Shown here: positions 27,272 to 39,023 of the stretch, piece by piece
Position numbering within the stretch: the stretch's first letter is position 1
Layout: the number at the start of each line of letters is the position of its first letter
Origin: Lama glama
Lineage: Eukaryota
NCBI GenBank assembly: GCA_028534125.1
Contig: CM052818.1
Location: 12,278,001-12,342,000 of the forward strand
Reading direction: 5' to 3'
Length of the DNA stretch: 64,000 nt
Notes under the pieces: generated by a model
The model's database searches: none
What the model saw: the letters and a program-made list of their open reading frames with translations, nothing else
What the model was told of the DNA's origin: nothing
Program-made: the position numbers and the translations under genes

Positions 27272-28633
27272 TTGAAAGAAGCAAAGAAGAAAATTAGAAT
27301 GTTCTCTAACGCTATCTACTAAAATAAACTCAAAATTGATTAAAGACCTAAGTATAAGATCAGATACCCTAAAACTCCTAGAGGAAAACATAGGTGAAGC
27401 ACTCTTTGACATAAATCACAGCAATTCTTTTTTGGATTCATTTTCTAGAGTAATATAAAATAAAAGCAAAAATAAGTGAATGGGACCTAATTAAACTTAA
27501 CAGCTTTTGCACTCAAAGGAAACCGTAAACAAAATGAAAATATAATCTATGAAATGGAGAAAATATTTGCAAATGATGCGACAGACAAAGGATTAATTTC
27601 CAAAATATACAAATAGCTCACACAGCTTAATAGCAAAAACAAAACAAAACAAAACAAAACCAAATAACCCAATAAAAAAATGGACAGAAAACCTAAATAG
27701 ATATTTCTCCAAAGAAGATGTACAGATGGCCAACAGGCACATGAAAAGATGCTCAGCATCACTGGTTATCAGAGAAATGCAAATCAAAATTACAATGAGG
27801 TATCACCTCAGACTAGTCAGAATGGTCATTATTAAAATGTCCACTAATGATAAATCCCGGGGGGGTGGAGAAAAGGGAACCCCCTCCTACACTGTTGCTG
27901 GGAATGTAAATTAGTGCAGCCACTATGGAGAACAGTACGGAGGTTCCTTAAAAAACTAAAAATAGAGTTACCCTGTGATCCAGCAATCCCACTCCTGGGC
28001 ATATATCTGGAGAAGACTCTAATTTGAAAAGATACATACACCCCAATGCTCATAACAGCACTATTTACAATAGCCAAGATATGGAAGCAGCCTAAATGTC
28101 CATAGACAGAGGAATGGATAAAGAAGATATGGTGTACGTATGTGTGTGTGTGTATATATATATATAATGCAATATTACTCAGCCATAAGAAAGAATGAAA
28201 TAATGCCATTCACAGCAACCTAGGATGGACCTAGAGATTATCACATTAAGTGAAGTAAGTCAGACACATGATATTACTTATATGTGGAATCTAAAAAAAA
28301 ATGGTACAGATGAACTTATTTACAAATCAGAGATAGATTCACAGACATAGAAAACAAACTACGGTTACTAAAGGGGAAAGGAGTCAGTGGGGAGGGATAA
28401 ATTAGGAGTTTGGGATTAACCTATAGACAGTAATATATATATAAAATAGATAAACAACACGGACCTACTGTGTAGCACAGGGAACTATATTTAATATCTT
28501 GTAATAACATATAATGGGAAAGAATCTGAAATAGAATGTGCATGTATATAACTGAATCGCTTTGTTCTACACCTGAAACTTAACACAACATTGTATATCA
28601 ACTACACTTCAAGTATAATTAATTTTTTAAAGA
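27272..28633 (+). mobile_element. Cetartiodactyl-type L1, ORF2 C-terminus and 3' UTR
   Basis: ORF 27726-27914 ([28 protein letters not shown]) is the L1 ORF2 C-terminal region; 3' UTR has gggataaattaggagtttgggattaac and ggacctactgtgtagcacagggaactatat. Confidence 0.95.
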
Positions 28634-31003
28634 AAGATATACTTATCGATTAGGGTTGTATTTGTTTCTGTTTTTGTTTTTTAACTCTTAAGGGATATGC
28701 ATTAAGGTACCTGCGGTAATGTGTGCAGGGTGGAATCTGCTAACTGATGAGAAGGGTTAACTGGCTGTCTCAGGGCGGGTCCAGAAAGATGAGTGGGGTG
28801 CCTAGCATGGGGGCAGTGACTTCTCCCTGCTGGCACTTTGTTCTTCTCACTCTATAAGACTTTGTCGAGCACCTACTATGTGCTAGGCTATCTCCCTGGC
28901 TATTCAGAACAAAAAAAGCCACAGCCTTTCCTCCTAACCGCCAGGGAGGGGGGTACATGTATATGCACACACATATTTTATATACATTACATATGTATAT
29001 TCCTATAAACTATTAATACATTAATATATTTTAATCTGGGCTTTTTTGGAATACATTAAATATGGAAATCTTGGCACTTCATACCAATGTGCTTCACAGA
29101 CAGAATCGTGGTATTTATGTAGGAGAGTGCAACAGCATACTGGCAGGGCTGTAAGTTTGTCTTCTTAAATATATTAACCAAGATATTATCTTGATTACTA
29201 TGACCCTTCACAGAGATTTCTCTTTAATTGTAGTCTTTATCCCAATATAAGGGTAGTCGCTTGACCAATCAATTTATTTATCCCTGTTCTAATAATTCTA
29301 TAAAAATAATGTGAAAATGGCATCTGCTCACTTTATTGATTAAAAAAAAATCATGGGCAGTTGTTCCTAATATTATGGAGAAATTTATACCTCTTGTAAT
29401 TCAAGATTTCAAGTAGACGTCTCCATTTGAGAAACTCAAGTAGCAAGCCTATTGTGTGTTTTTGCTTTTTCTGAAAATTATGTGCTTTGTGGATACTCTT
29501 AAGTTACTTTCCTTTTCTCTTTCTAATTACGTCCACTGTTACAGTTTTGTAAATAGAGCAGCAGTGGAGTTTCCCTGTACTCACATATGGAATATGTAAG
29601 ATTAACGCATCATTGGAGCTGCAGCTGCCTGTCATACACTGTATCTGCACTTTCGGCAGTTCTGTGACCTTCATGTTTTTGTTTCTTAGCTTAAATCTTA
29701 GATCTCAGAAATAACTTTTCCCCAAATTTACACAGAAAGCCGAGAATCGATTTGAACGACTTGGAGTATGTTTTAAAATGTTTTGAACCTTAATGAAGCA
29801 GATAGAAACTTCTGCTGCTTTAGGATTGGTAAGAATCATGTGTATCACATTGGCTTTCCTTTGGTATTTCCATACAAACGCTCTTCCTAGTCACATTAAT
29901 TATCAGCATATACATTTCACACTCTGGGGGAAGGAAAACAGCCAACGATTAACTTAATGCTTCCTTTTTTTCTTTTTGAATCTCTGAATTGAATTGAATT
30001 TTGGCCTCATTTGACTTAATGTCACAGCCCCTTGGCTGGCATGCCTTAAATGTGTAGTGTTCTATTTATTGCAGTTAAGGATCTTGTTCTGTGATCATCT
30101 TTCTGACCACTTACGGCAGAACATGAGGACTTACAAGTACTGCAAACACACTAGTCATTGAACATATCAATGAGTAAAAGATGAGTGGGTTGGTGATAAA
30201 CGAGAGAGAAGTACCTTTGTTTCAGTATTTATTGAGGATTGTTTTTAATGAAGTGTTCTATCAAGAGTAGAAACACTGCTCTTTTTCTCCCTCTTCATAA
30301 TCTCTTCAGTGGGTCAAGTCGCTGTCTGTAGCTGTATCCTCATTATTTAGAGATCTTGGAAAAGGGTGAGCATCTCACCTTAGTTACCCATCAAGTCTTG
30401 TATTGGTGTTTTCCATGCGTAGGTCAGAGTAGAAATCGCTAACACACCACAAGGAGGGAAAGGCACTGCACCTCTGGATAGATTTGGGAAACCTTGATCT
30501 AGCTGATAAAAATCTAGGGAACATACATCTATGATGGGTTTTGGAAAGTACAGTTTTGGCATCACATGCCATGATTTCTGTGTTGGACAAAGGAGGAATA
30601 TTGCAGTGCGCCAAATCTCCAAATGCTCTCTCTTTCCCTGCAGGAAAATCTTCCTACGTGGGATGGGTTCAGACAAGGAGAGCCTCACAGTGTCCACACC
30701 AACACACCACACTCCGACAGGGGAGAGTGGAGGCCTGTGTTGACAGTTCTAGTTTCCAACTTAATAAAAACAAAAACTACCACACATTTAAGACATCATC
30801 GCTGAAAACACTGTCATTTAAATAATAGCCCTGCATTTGTTCCAGTCCAATTTGGTTTTTCAGTGTGATTTCACATCATGATCTCCTGCTCTCCTCCCAT
30901 CGATTCTGGGAGATAGGTAGCCCAGGTCTGATGGGTGGGCATGTTTCAGAGACATAGAAAGTGGCCCAGCTCCTGTGCTGGAGCCCTGTTGTCTTGCATT
31001 CTT

Positions 31004-31146
31004 TGTTTGCTTTTTGGGGGTGGGGGAGATTAGGTTTTGTTTGTTTGTTTGTTTATTTATTAATTACTGGGGGTACTGGGATTGAACCCGGGACCTTGTG
31101 CATGCTAAGCACGTGCTCTACCACTGAGTGATCCCCTCTTCCCCTT
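31004..31146 (-). mobile_element. tRNA-derived SINE, camelid Vic-1 type
   Basis: Minus strand reads ctcagtggtagagcacgtgcttagcatgcacaaggtcccgggttcaatcccagtacc (A and B boxes) with an A-rich tail. 15-bp TSD ttgtctt(g/a)cattctt at 30989-31003 and 31147-31161. Confidence 0.9.
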
Positions 31147-31607
31147 TTGTCTTACATTCTTGATTATCCCTTCTTTCACTTGTTTCTTTATCCTCTCCCT
31201 CTCTACAGGATTTTTCATAGCTATATATAAAAATGCTTAACTCACTCTTTCTTTCAGCAAGCAAGCAAAACACCAGCCCATCCTTCAATGACACTCTCTT
31301 TTATTTTCCAGTATTCCCATTCCCACCACTCTGTTCTCCTTTGCCCTTTATAGCCAAGGGTGGGGAAGCAGGGCTCACTCACTGTCTAGATAGCCTCTAA
31401 TCCATTCCTTTCTCTTTGAGTATCTTCAGTCCTAGGATGAAGTCTTCTTTGCATTCACCACTGAGAACCCTTCCTTCCTTCCAGCTCTCTCCTCTCCTTC
31501 TGCGTTTCCTCCCTCCCCTCCGGGAGCGCCTGCCCCATCTCATCTGAGGGCTCTTCATGCAAATCTATCTGTATTTCCATCCCAGCCTCTCTTGTACATG
31601 CACCTAT

Positions 31608-31618
31608 ATGTGTGTATG

Positions 31619-31650
<32 letters not shown>
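31608..31650. repeat. (TG)n microsatellite
   Basis: Read directly. Confidence 0.95.
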
Positions 31651-31651
<1 letters not shown>

Positions 31652-31749
31652 TCAAAATACACAAAACTGAACCAATTTTCAATGTGTTTGAGTCTGTTTC
31701 TTTTTAAAAGACTTTTTCTGACTTTGCTTAAAGATTTGATGATCAACGT

Positions 31750-32910
31750 CCTTGCTCAGGCCAGAATTCTGGGTCAAGTCAGGACCCCTCTCAGCTTTCG
31801 ATATCTTCACTCTTCAACAATATATATTTTGTCGATCCGACCCATTTAAAATTCTGTCAATTTTAATTTATTAATTTTAAAAAAGAACTCAACTGTATTT
31901 CCTCCTTTTGTCCCCATTGGTACTGCCTTATTTTAGAACCTCATCTTGCATTATTGCAACACCACCCCAACTGGTATCCTTGATTCTAATGTTGCTTCTT
32001 TCCAAATATCTATACCCCTGCCAGAGTGTGTTTTGAATATTTACCTACTTAAAACCCACGTATTTTTTTAGTCACCTTTCAGTGCAATAGTTAAGCTCCT
32101 TAATATCTCACATGAAATCTTTTTTGATCCATTTCAGCCTCCCTTTTCAAATCTAACTTTTTCTACATTTCCCTTGTATCTTATTCTGTAACTGTAAGGT
32201 ACCATTTACAATTCTCAGGATATTCTGTGGCCTCTGGCTTCCTTGCCTGAAATGTCCTCTGTACTGGGTTGAATCGTATCTCCGCCCCCCACCCCCCAAC
32301 ACACACAAATTCATGTTCACCAGGAACCTCAGGATGTTACCTTGTTAGACAATCAGGTCTTTGCAGATGTAATTAATAAAGATGAAATCATACTGGATTA
32401 GAGTGGTCCCCTAAATCCAACATGACTGTTGTCCTTATAAGAAAAAGAGAGAAAAGCAGGGGAGAAGGCCTTCTGATGACAGAGGCAGAGATTGGAGTGA
32501 TTGTATGTGCAAGGCAGGGGATGCCAAAGATTGTTGCAACACTGGAAGCCCGGAGAGAGCCCTGGGATGGTTTCTCTCTCCTGGCCAACCAACACCTGGA
32601 TTACAGACTGCCTAGCCTCCCAAACTGTCATTTTAAGACAACTGGTTTATGGTAATTTGTTAAGGGAAGTACTGGAAAACCAATTTACCCTCCCCCAACT
32701 CACTCCCACAGTAGTAGCCTTCAGGACCTCCCGAGTTTGATCAAGGGGCCTACCTCTGGGCGCCATGTGGGTCTCTATTCTATCCCTATGTCTGAACCAC
32801 CAGCCAGTGAGCTCCCTGAGGACCACACATGAGCCTTTGAACCCTGTCTCCAGCACCCAGCACAGTGCCTGCCATAGAACAGGACAGGACTTTTGTTGGT
32901 GAATTAAATT
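31750..32910 (+). mobile_element. L2 LINE 3' region interrupted by an MLT1 LTR
   Basis: ttattgcaac...caactggt; 3' end gtgagctccctgagg...cagcacccagcacagtgcctg...tgttggtgaat. Confidence 0.65.
32260..32687 (+). mobile_element. MLT1B/C-like MaLR solo LTR
   Basis: Starts tgtactgggttgaat; contains ggtctttgcagatgtaatt, cctaaatccaacatgactg and gaggcagagattggagtgat; 5-bp TSD tcctc/ccctc. Confidence 0.9.
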
Positions 32911-34199
32911 GCCAAAATGACAGATTTCTGATATGGGTTGGCACACATTCCTTTTAATCCTTGTATTTTGTTTGCTGCATTTTATTTTTAAGGGAAGACT
33001 TAACCGAAGTGCCAGGTTTATGTGTGATTTTGACTTTTCTTTTGAGTGGCTCTAAGGAATAGCTGGTTAGACTTTAGGCACAAAGTTCTGCAATTGATGG
33101 AAAACCCAGTGCAACTGTTGGTTAATGTTTCAGCAGAGATAAGGTTTTTCCCTGGTTGGAGAACTGACTTTTTCAGAAAGGTTGGGCTGGCTCCCTGACA
33201 GTGGGGTGAAAGAGGTTTAAATGCTGAGAGTGTGCCAGATGCCTTGGTGAGGGAGGGGAGGCAGGGGTTAGAATGTTGAAGTGAAACCTGGCGACATCTG
33301 GGGGGTTCAGAGTAACTGAGTGAGACTAGTGGCCATGATTACCTAAAATAAGTTCTCATTCTTACTAGCTTCATTTCTGTGCACGCCCCCTCCTCCCTCC
33401 CCCTCCCCCATTACCCCATCCCTCCCCCATCCACACACAGAAAGTTGGATTTTATCGCCTTCCCCTGAAAGTTCCTCAAATATCCCAATTTTCTTTCCCA
33501 TGATTGACCCATCTTTGCTGAGTATCATTTCATTTTTCTCTTACAGGTGACTAGAAGTAAAAGATAAGAGAGGACAATTATGTTTTTGTCTGTAACCAAG
33601 TCCATTCCCTTTTGATTTATCAGAAGACAAAAATCCAAAAATCTTAATGAGTTTGATAGCTCTGTTGCACATGTAAAATTTATCTTACAAAAAAAACCCT
33701 TCCATCAATTACTTGGTTAACTGATGAGAAACTAAAGGCCAAGTTTGGAAACTGTTCAAGTTTTCTATGAATATTCATAAATAATTAACTTGCATCTCCA
33801 TTTAGAACCTAACAACAGTTCATTTCAATTTTCTTTTTTGTTTTTAATATCTGAGTTAATTATATGCTGGGGTCTAGTTACTGGGTCTTCCCTCCCAGTG
33901 GCGACTGAATGGCTACAGTTGGTGAAAATAACCCTTTGCTTCTGTGACTTTCACCATGTTGTCATGTAGCTGAAGCAAGACCCCAAATCATGCAGTTTGA
34001 AGGACAGCTGGCTTCCTAAGGGGGAGGGGTTCCTCTCTCCCGCTCCCCACTCCTAGTCTTTTCTCCAGGCCGTATATACCTTTGAGGCTGAATTCCTCTT
34101 TTCACTCTTTTTACCAAAAGTGCAAAATAGAGTGTGCAAGAGAAAGAGGCAAAAAAAAAAAAAAAAAAAGAATCAGCCCCAAAGTAAATGGTGAAAAGC

Positions 34200-34650
34200 T
34201 AAATCGCTACGTCGTCCTGGGATTTAAGCTCCTTGTGGTAGCCACAAGCTTAGCCCTGTGAGAGCTTCAGCGATTGCAAACCCCTCCTCCCGGTGAAAAA
34301 CACCAGGAAGGACTGGGCCTTACCGGGTAAAGGACCCCTGTACTTCGTGAAACGCGGCTGCGTAGAAGAGTAATCAGAGCCTTGGGCTGTTAGCGGGCGG
34401 GAGGCCATTCGGGGACTGCCCCTTTTGTCTCTTCGCCTTGTACGAGCTGGAAGATGGAATAATTGTGGACAAAGGGTCCGAGGAGGGCGGAGGGTAGGGT
34501 ATGAACTCTTCAGGCAGCTGCTTTCAGCTTTATTTACCGTCCCATCTTTCAGCCGAATCTTCCTGACCAGGTCCGAGCCTCGTCCGGGGAGCTGACTGCG
34601 GGGTAACACTGCCATCTAGTGGCCACCTCGCCCCTGTGAGCCGGCTTTCT
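34200..34650. promoter_or_regulatory. Small orphan CpG-island-like segment with GC boxes
   Basis: Sharp rise in GC and CpG over the AT-rich background; GGGCGG at 34395 and 34485; flanked by poly(A) (~34151-34169) and (CT)n. Confidence 0.7.
34607..34625 (-). promoter_or_regulatory. CTCF binding motif
   Basis: Minus strand TGGCCACTAGATGGCAGTG fits the CTCF core CCASYAGRKGGCRS with no mismatch. Confidence 0.8.
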
Positions 34651-34675
34651 GTGCCCTCCAGTTGGCTCTGTGGCT

Positions 34676-34707
34676 CCCTCTCTTCCTCTCTCTCCCTTTC
34701 TCTCTTG

Positions 34708-34733
<26 letters not shown>
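34676..34733. repeat. (CT)n polypyrimidine tract
   Basis: Read directly. Confidence 0.9.
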
Positions 34734-34739
<6 letters not shown>

Positions 34740-35760
34740 AAAAAAGGTTTTTATCCCGTCAAGGAAAAAAAAAACCTGGCTCTTGGAAAACAACCAACTC
34801 TGTTGGAACTCAGAGATAATAATCAGTTTCTCTGGGCTTGTGAAATTGGCTCATTAAGCTTGCTTTTTAACAGAAAATATTGGAAGCGATTAAGTCTGCT
34901 TTACTGAGTGGGCATGAAATGGCCAACCTTCGGCCACCCACAGCTCCTAGGTGCCTGGCGCCGTTTTATGCATGCAGCGTAATGTCTTTACTTGAAGTGC
35001 TGTTTATTCATCACCTGCTTATTTATCTCTTTGCATTTGGCAGGCACATCGATCAATGTTAAACTGTCACACAAGGTTATTTTTCTTTTACATAACAGTA
35101 TAGGCCTAAGGTAGTGGCATATTAAAAGTAATAACTTTCTAACTTGTAGCTCAAGATGACAGCCCCATTTTTACCCGAATATATTACAGCGAGGAATTCC
35201 TCATTCAGCTCTCCCTCCTCTGCCCCCTCCTCCCTCCAGCACTTAGCCCTTCCAAGGTCAAAGGCTTCATTCCGCCTTGCTTCCCTCCCACTTTGCATAC
35301 CACTCGGTGTCCCCTTCACCTCCAGTTATCTCTCTCTTTTAGGCTGATAAGCCCACAGAGAACATTCTGTCCACCGGGGTGTACACATCTTGCTTGTCCC
35401 TCTTTATGATGACATTTCCCTCTTTGCATGAAGACGTGGTAGCCGGCTAAGCTCTGGGGAAGAGGCAGAAAAGCTTCCTTGCGTGGTGACAAAGGTCGTG
35501 ATGATCTTCTCTTTCCATCAGCCGTCCCAGTGAAGGTGGCGCGTTTGATTTTCCTTTCGAGTTATAACAGGCAGCAGCAACGGCAACCACAGACCCACGG
35601 AAAAAATAGAATTAAAAAACATCTGAAAGCAACTCGCATGGCTTTGAAGCAACCGGTGTTCGTTTGGGGCTTTTCAGTTGAGTTGTTTCCCCTCCTTTCT
35701 TCGGTTTTTGCTTGGCTTGTGTTGCTTTCAGACCCTACCCAGTTTGTGATGCCTCCTTCC

Positions 35761-35775
35761 TTGGCAATAGGCCAA
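35761..35775. promoter_or_regulatory. Full NFI palindromic site
   Basis: TTGGC-AATAG-GCCAA matches TTGGC(N5)GCCAA exactly. Confidence 0.65.
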
Positions 35776-36854
35776 GCAGGCTTCCTTTGCACAAACAAGT
35801 TTTTTTTTCTCCTTTCTTTCCTTTCTTTTTTTTCCCCCTCCAGTCCAACCTAAAAATGCCTACAGATAGGGTATCAGATCTTTTAGTATCAAATTTCAAA
35901 GTGGCCCTTAGAATTCCTTCCTGCCCTTCATCTGTCCCTTTGGATTTCAGCTCTGACTTGGAGTCTGTTGCTAAATATGTCTTGGACACCGGCTTTCTGA
36001 GATGCTTGGCAAATCTTGTGGACATAGGAATTAAGTGCCTAATTCCACGGTGGACACTGTTACCCAACTAGTCTTGTGACACAGTGTACCACACCCCTTC
36101 TGATATTCTGCCTCTGTCTGCACCAACATAGCTCATCTAGAAACTATGAGGAGGGAAGTGCGCCTAGGGAAGAAAGTGGTCCCGTGGACCACGGAGACAC
36201 CTGCTTGGGAGGCTCACAAGCTTTGCATTGAATGTGGCCCACCTTGTAGATTTACTTGCTCATTCCTGGACATGGAAGATGGTGGAATTCTGATGTATGG
36301 TGATCTGTTTTATCATGGGTAGTGCAGCCTCAGGAAAAAAAAAGCCTGCCCATTAAAAAAAATGCAGTCCAGCCTGTGTCTATGCTGTTCCGATCAATAT
36401 TTGCATTAAAGTGGTTTAAATGCATGTGGTTCTGAGGCTGCCCATTCTTTCAACCTGACCTGCTGCATTGATTAGGGCTAGTGAGAGAGGGGGAAAGAGC
36501 AAATCAGGCGAGGAAAAAAATTGAAAGGAAAAAGGGAAGAAAATGAAAGCCGTCGCTCTGGGTCCTGTTGGAAACACACTTGCTCGTTCATGGAGGCCCT
36601 GTTTGCTCAGCAGCCCTCTCAGTGGGAGGGTACACCCTCTCCATCTTTCTCATAGGGCTTTTTTTTTTTTTGTCTTTCAAAAATCAGCAACAGGGTTTCT
36701 CGTTGCCTCTGAGATGGGGCAGCTCAGTGGCTTGTGATTAACAGAGTAAATACTCGTAGTTAGTGACTTGTCTTGCCATCTTTGTTTTTTGGCTCAGTGG
36801 TCCGTATTTGGGAGCTGAGTTTGCTTGGCTAAAATCTCATTAGTATCAACTACA

Positions 36855-37070
36855 ACCACTGCTCATTAAATGCTTGTTTTGTGTCAGATACTGCTAAGTT
36901 CTTTGCAGACATTATCTGTGGTTGATTCTTTAAAGCAGCCTGTGCAGAGGTCATTCGGATCCCTTTTTCACCTTTGGCATCCAAGGATGGATTGTACATG
37001 GTCCAAAGTTAAACCACCAGTAAAATCTACAGCTCTGTTTCTGAAGTGCAGACTCTTAACTGTCGTGCTA
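36855..37070 (-). mobile_element. MIR SINE
   Basis: tgtgtcagatactgctaagttctttgcagacattatct...gtccaaagttaaacc. Confidence 0.6.
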
Positions 37071-37489
37071 GGTAATGCTGTGTTGTGGAATTTTCTCTGT
37101 TGGGGTGTTTTATCAGATTAAATATCACACTGAACACTGGTCTGTGTGTGGAGAGATATAACGCCCATTTTATAATATCAGAGCCCATTGTTTTATCACT
37201 GTAGACACTCCCAATTACTTGGAGCACAAAATGCTTTCAGTGGAGACATGCATGGACATTGATCTCATAGAGAAGACTCGTCAGAGGAGCACAGATAGCA
37301 CGTGTTAGTACTTTGTTCCCCTTGTGCCGTGGCGAAGGGGTGGCCCAAGTATTTCTTGCTGAGTGAAGCAATCTCAAGAAGATCTAAAATTTTCTCAGAT
37401 GAACCACTTTACAAAGCTCATTTGAGGGTTAACTAGACTGGAATATGAGGACTCTAGTTGGCATTGGAAGAATACTTGTTCATAGAAGG

Positions 37490-37940
37490 TTGAAGAATTG
37501 TGTGTTGAGTAACTACTATTGAGACCCGTGCTGGATAAGACATACTTCTTAATATCTAAGACCTGATTATGTAGTAAAGAATAAAAAGCAGACTAGAAAG
37601 TAGTTAAATCCCTTCACCAGATAGGGTGCGCTCTTGTGCCATAATAAGCCATATAGAAACTCTGTTCAGGAGGAATGTGGAAAATGGAGAGATTATGGGG
37701 AGGGGGAGTGTTTGGGGAAGACCTTATAGAGTTGGACTTGAAGATGGGTGGATGGATAGAACATAAATTGCTGAATAGAAGACACTCAGAATGGAAAAAC
37801 TTGTAAGGATAATTTGGAATTCTGGAAGGAGTATTCCTGCTAAAGCTGATGTTAGCATGTCATGGGTGGTTGGCTTGGGTTGGGTTAGACCACAAAGACC
37901 TTGAAGGTCAAGATTGGACAGTTGAAACTCTCTTGCATTA
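37490..37940 (-). mobile_element. L2 fragment
   Basis: ttgagtaactacta...gtgctgg and purine-rich gagttggacttgaagatgggtgg. Confidence 0.45.
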
Positions 37941-38834
37941 AGTATGCTCTTTTGTTTTGTCTTGGGGAATCAAGCAAATTTGTCTGCTGAAATTACAGCT
38001 TGGAAATTTGACCTACTTAGGGCATTGCTTGGAGTACTGGAGTTTCAAACAAGCCCTACACTCTAAAGGAAGAATCTCTTGATACTTTCATTTTCTCAAG
38101 GATGAAAAGAAATTAAAAGTAACACATGTGAAGATTTGACTGATGTGGCTAACTCGAAGTAGAATTACCTCAAGAGAGAATAAAAAGGTGAAAGCAATTT
38201 TCCAAATCTGAAATCTTTAGAGCAGTGTGTTGACAAGTTTGTTTTTGCCAAAAGTGGTGCATGAAAATCCAGCTTATCAGAGAGAGAAATTTGTGTGCAA
38301 TAATTATTCACATTAGAAAAGGGTTTTCTATAAGATTCTTTTAAATAGAAGTCCCTTTTGTACATTTTAAATGTGCTAAAATTTACTAACTTAAACACAG
38401 AACTATCCCCTGCCCCCCCAAAAAAAACTCAATTCCACAAACAAACAAAAAGCCTGATTTATAAATAGCTTTTAAGGAGATCATATCCTATTAACCAGTT
38501 CATAAAGCAAGTGCATACTTACAGGTTGCTGCCACATCTTAGATTTAGGTAATAATGCCATGCATTATTGAAAAAAAAAGTGGGCTCCTGATTTTAGGAA
38601 TGTTCTACATGCTTAGAAGAACATGTTCCAGGGGAATTTAGTTATTTGTGTGAAAAAATGGGGTTTGAACGAACAGGATAGTAACTTACAGCTGAGTGCT
38701 TTAGGCGGAGCCTCTAAATAGGTCGATTTAGGGATCTCCCTTTGGCTAACATTGTCTTGTTTTGAGTGAGTTCCTTTGTTTCTCTCTCTGTTTTCCTGGT
38801 TCTTCACTAAAGAACGAAGTGTCACACCCTAGAT

Positions 38835-39023
38835 CAGTGGTTCTCAAAGGGCAGTTCTCAGAAAAGCAGCATCAGCATGGCATGAAAACTTGTTAGAAAT
38901 GCAAGTTCTTGGATCTCATCCCTGAACTATGGAACGAGAATCAGAAACTTGGGGTGAGCCCAGCAGTCTGTTCAGTAAGAAGCCCTCCGAGTGACTGATA
39001 CATGCTGAATTTGAGAACCACTG
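38835..39023. mobile_element. MER5A (hAT-Charlie MITE), full length
   Basis: 14-bp TIRs CAGTGGTTCTCAAA / TTTGAGAACCACTG; internal gcagcatcagcat and aacttgttagaaatgcaa. Confidence 0.95.

Noticed and set aside
27547..28209. Cluster of ORFs on both strands
   Set aside because: Sense and antisense readings of a disrupted L1 ORF2/3' UTR, not host genes.
31060..31146. tRNA-like sequence
   Set aside because: It is a SINE head with tail and TSD; the acceptor stem is not intact.
34250..36071. ORFs of 110-124 aa around the CpG-rich segment
   Set aside because: Expected in GC-richer or simple-repeat sequence; they overlap on both strands and resemble no family I recognise.
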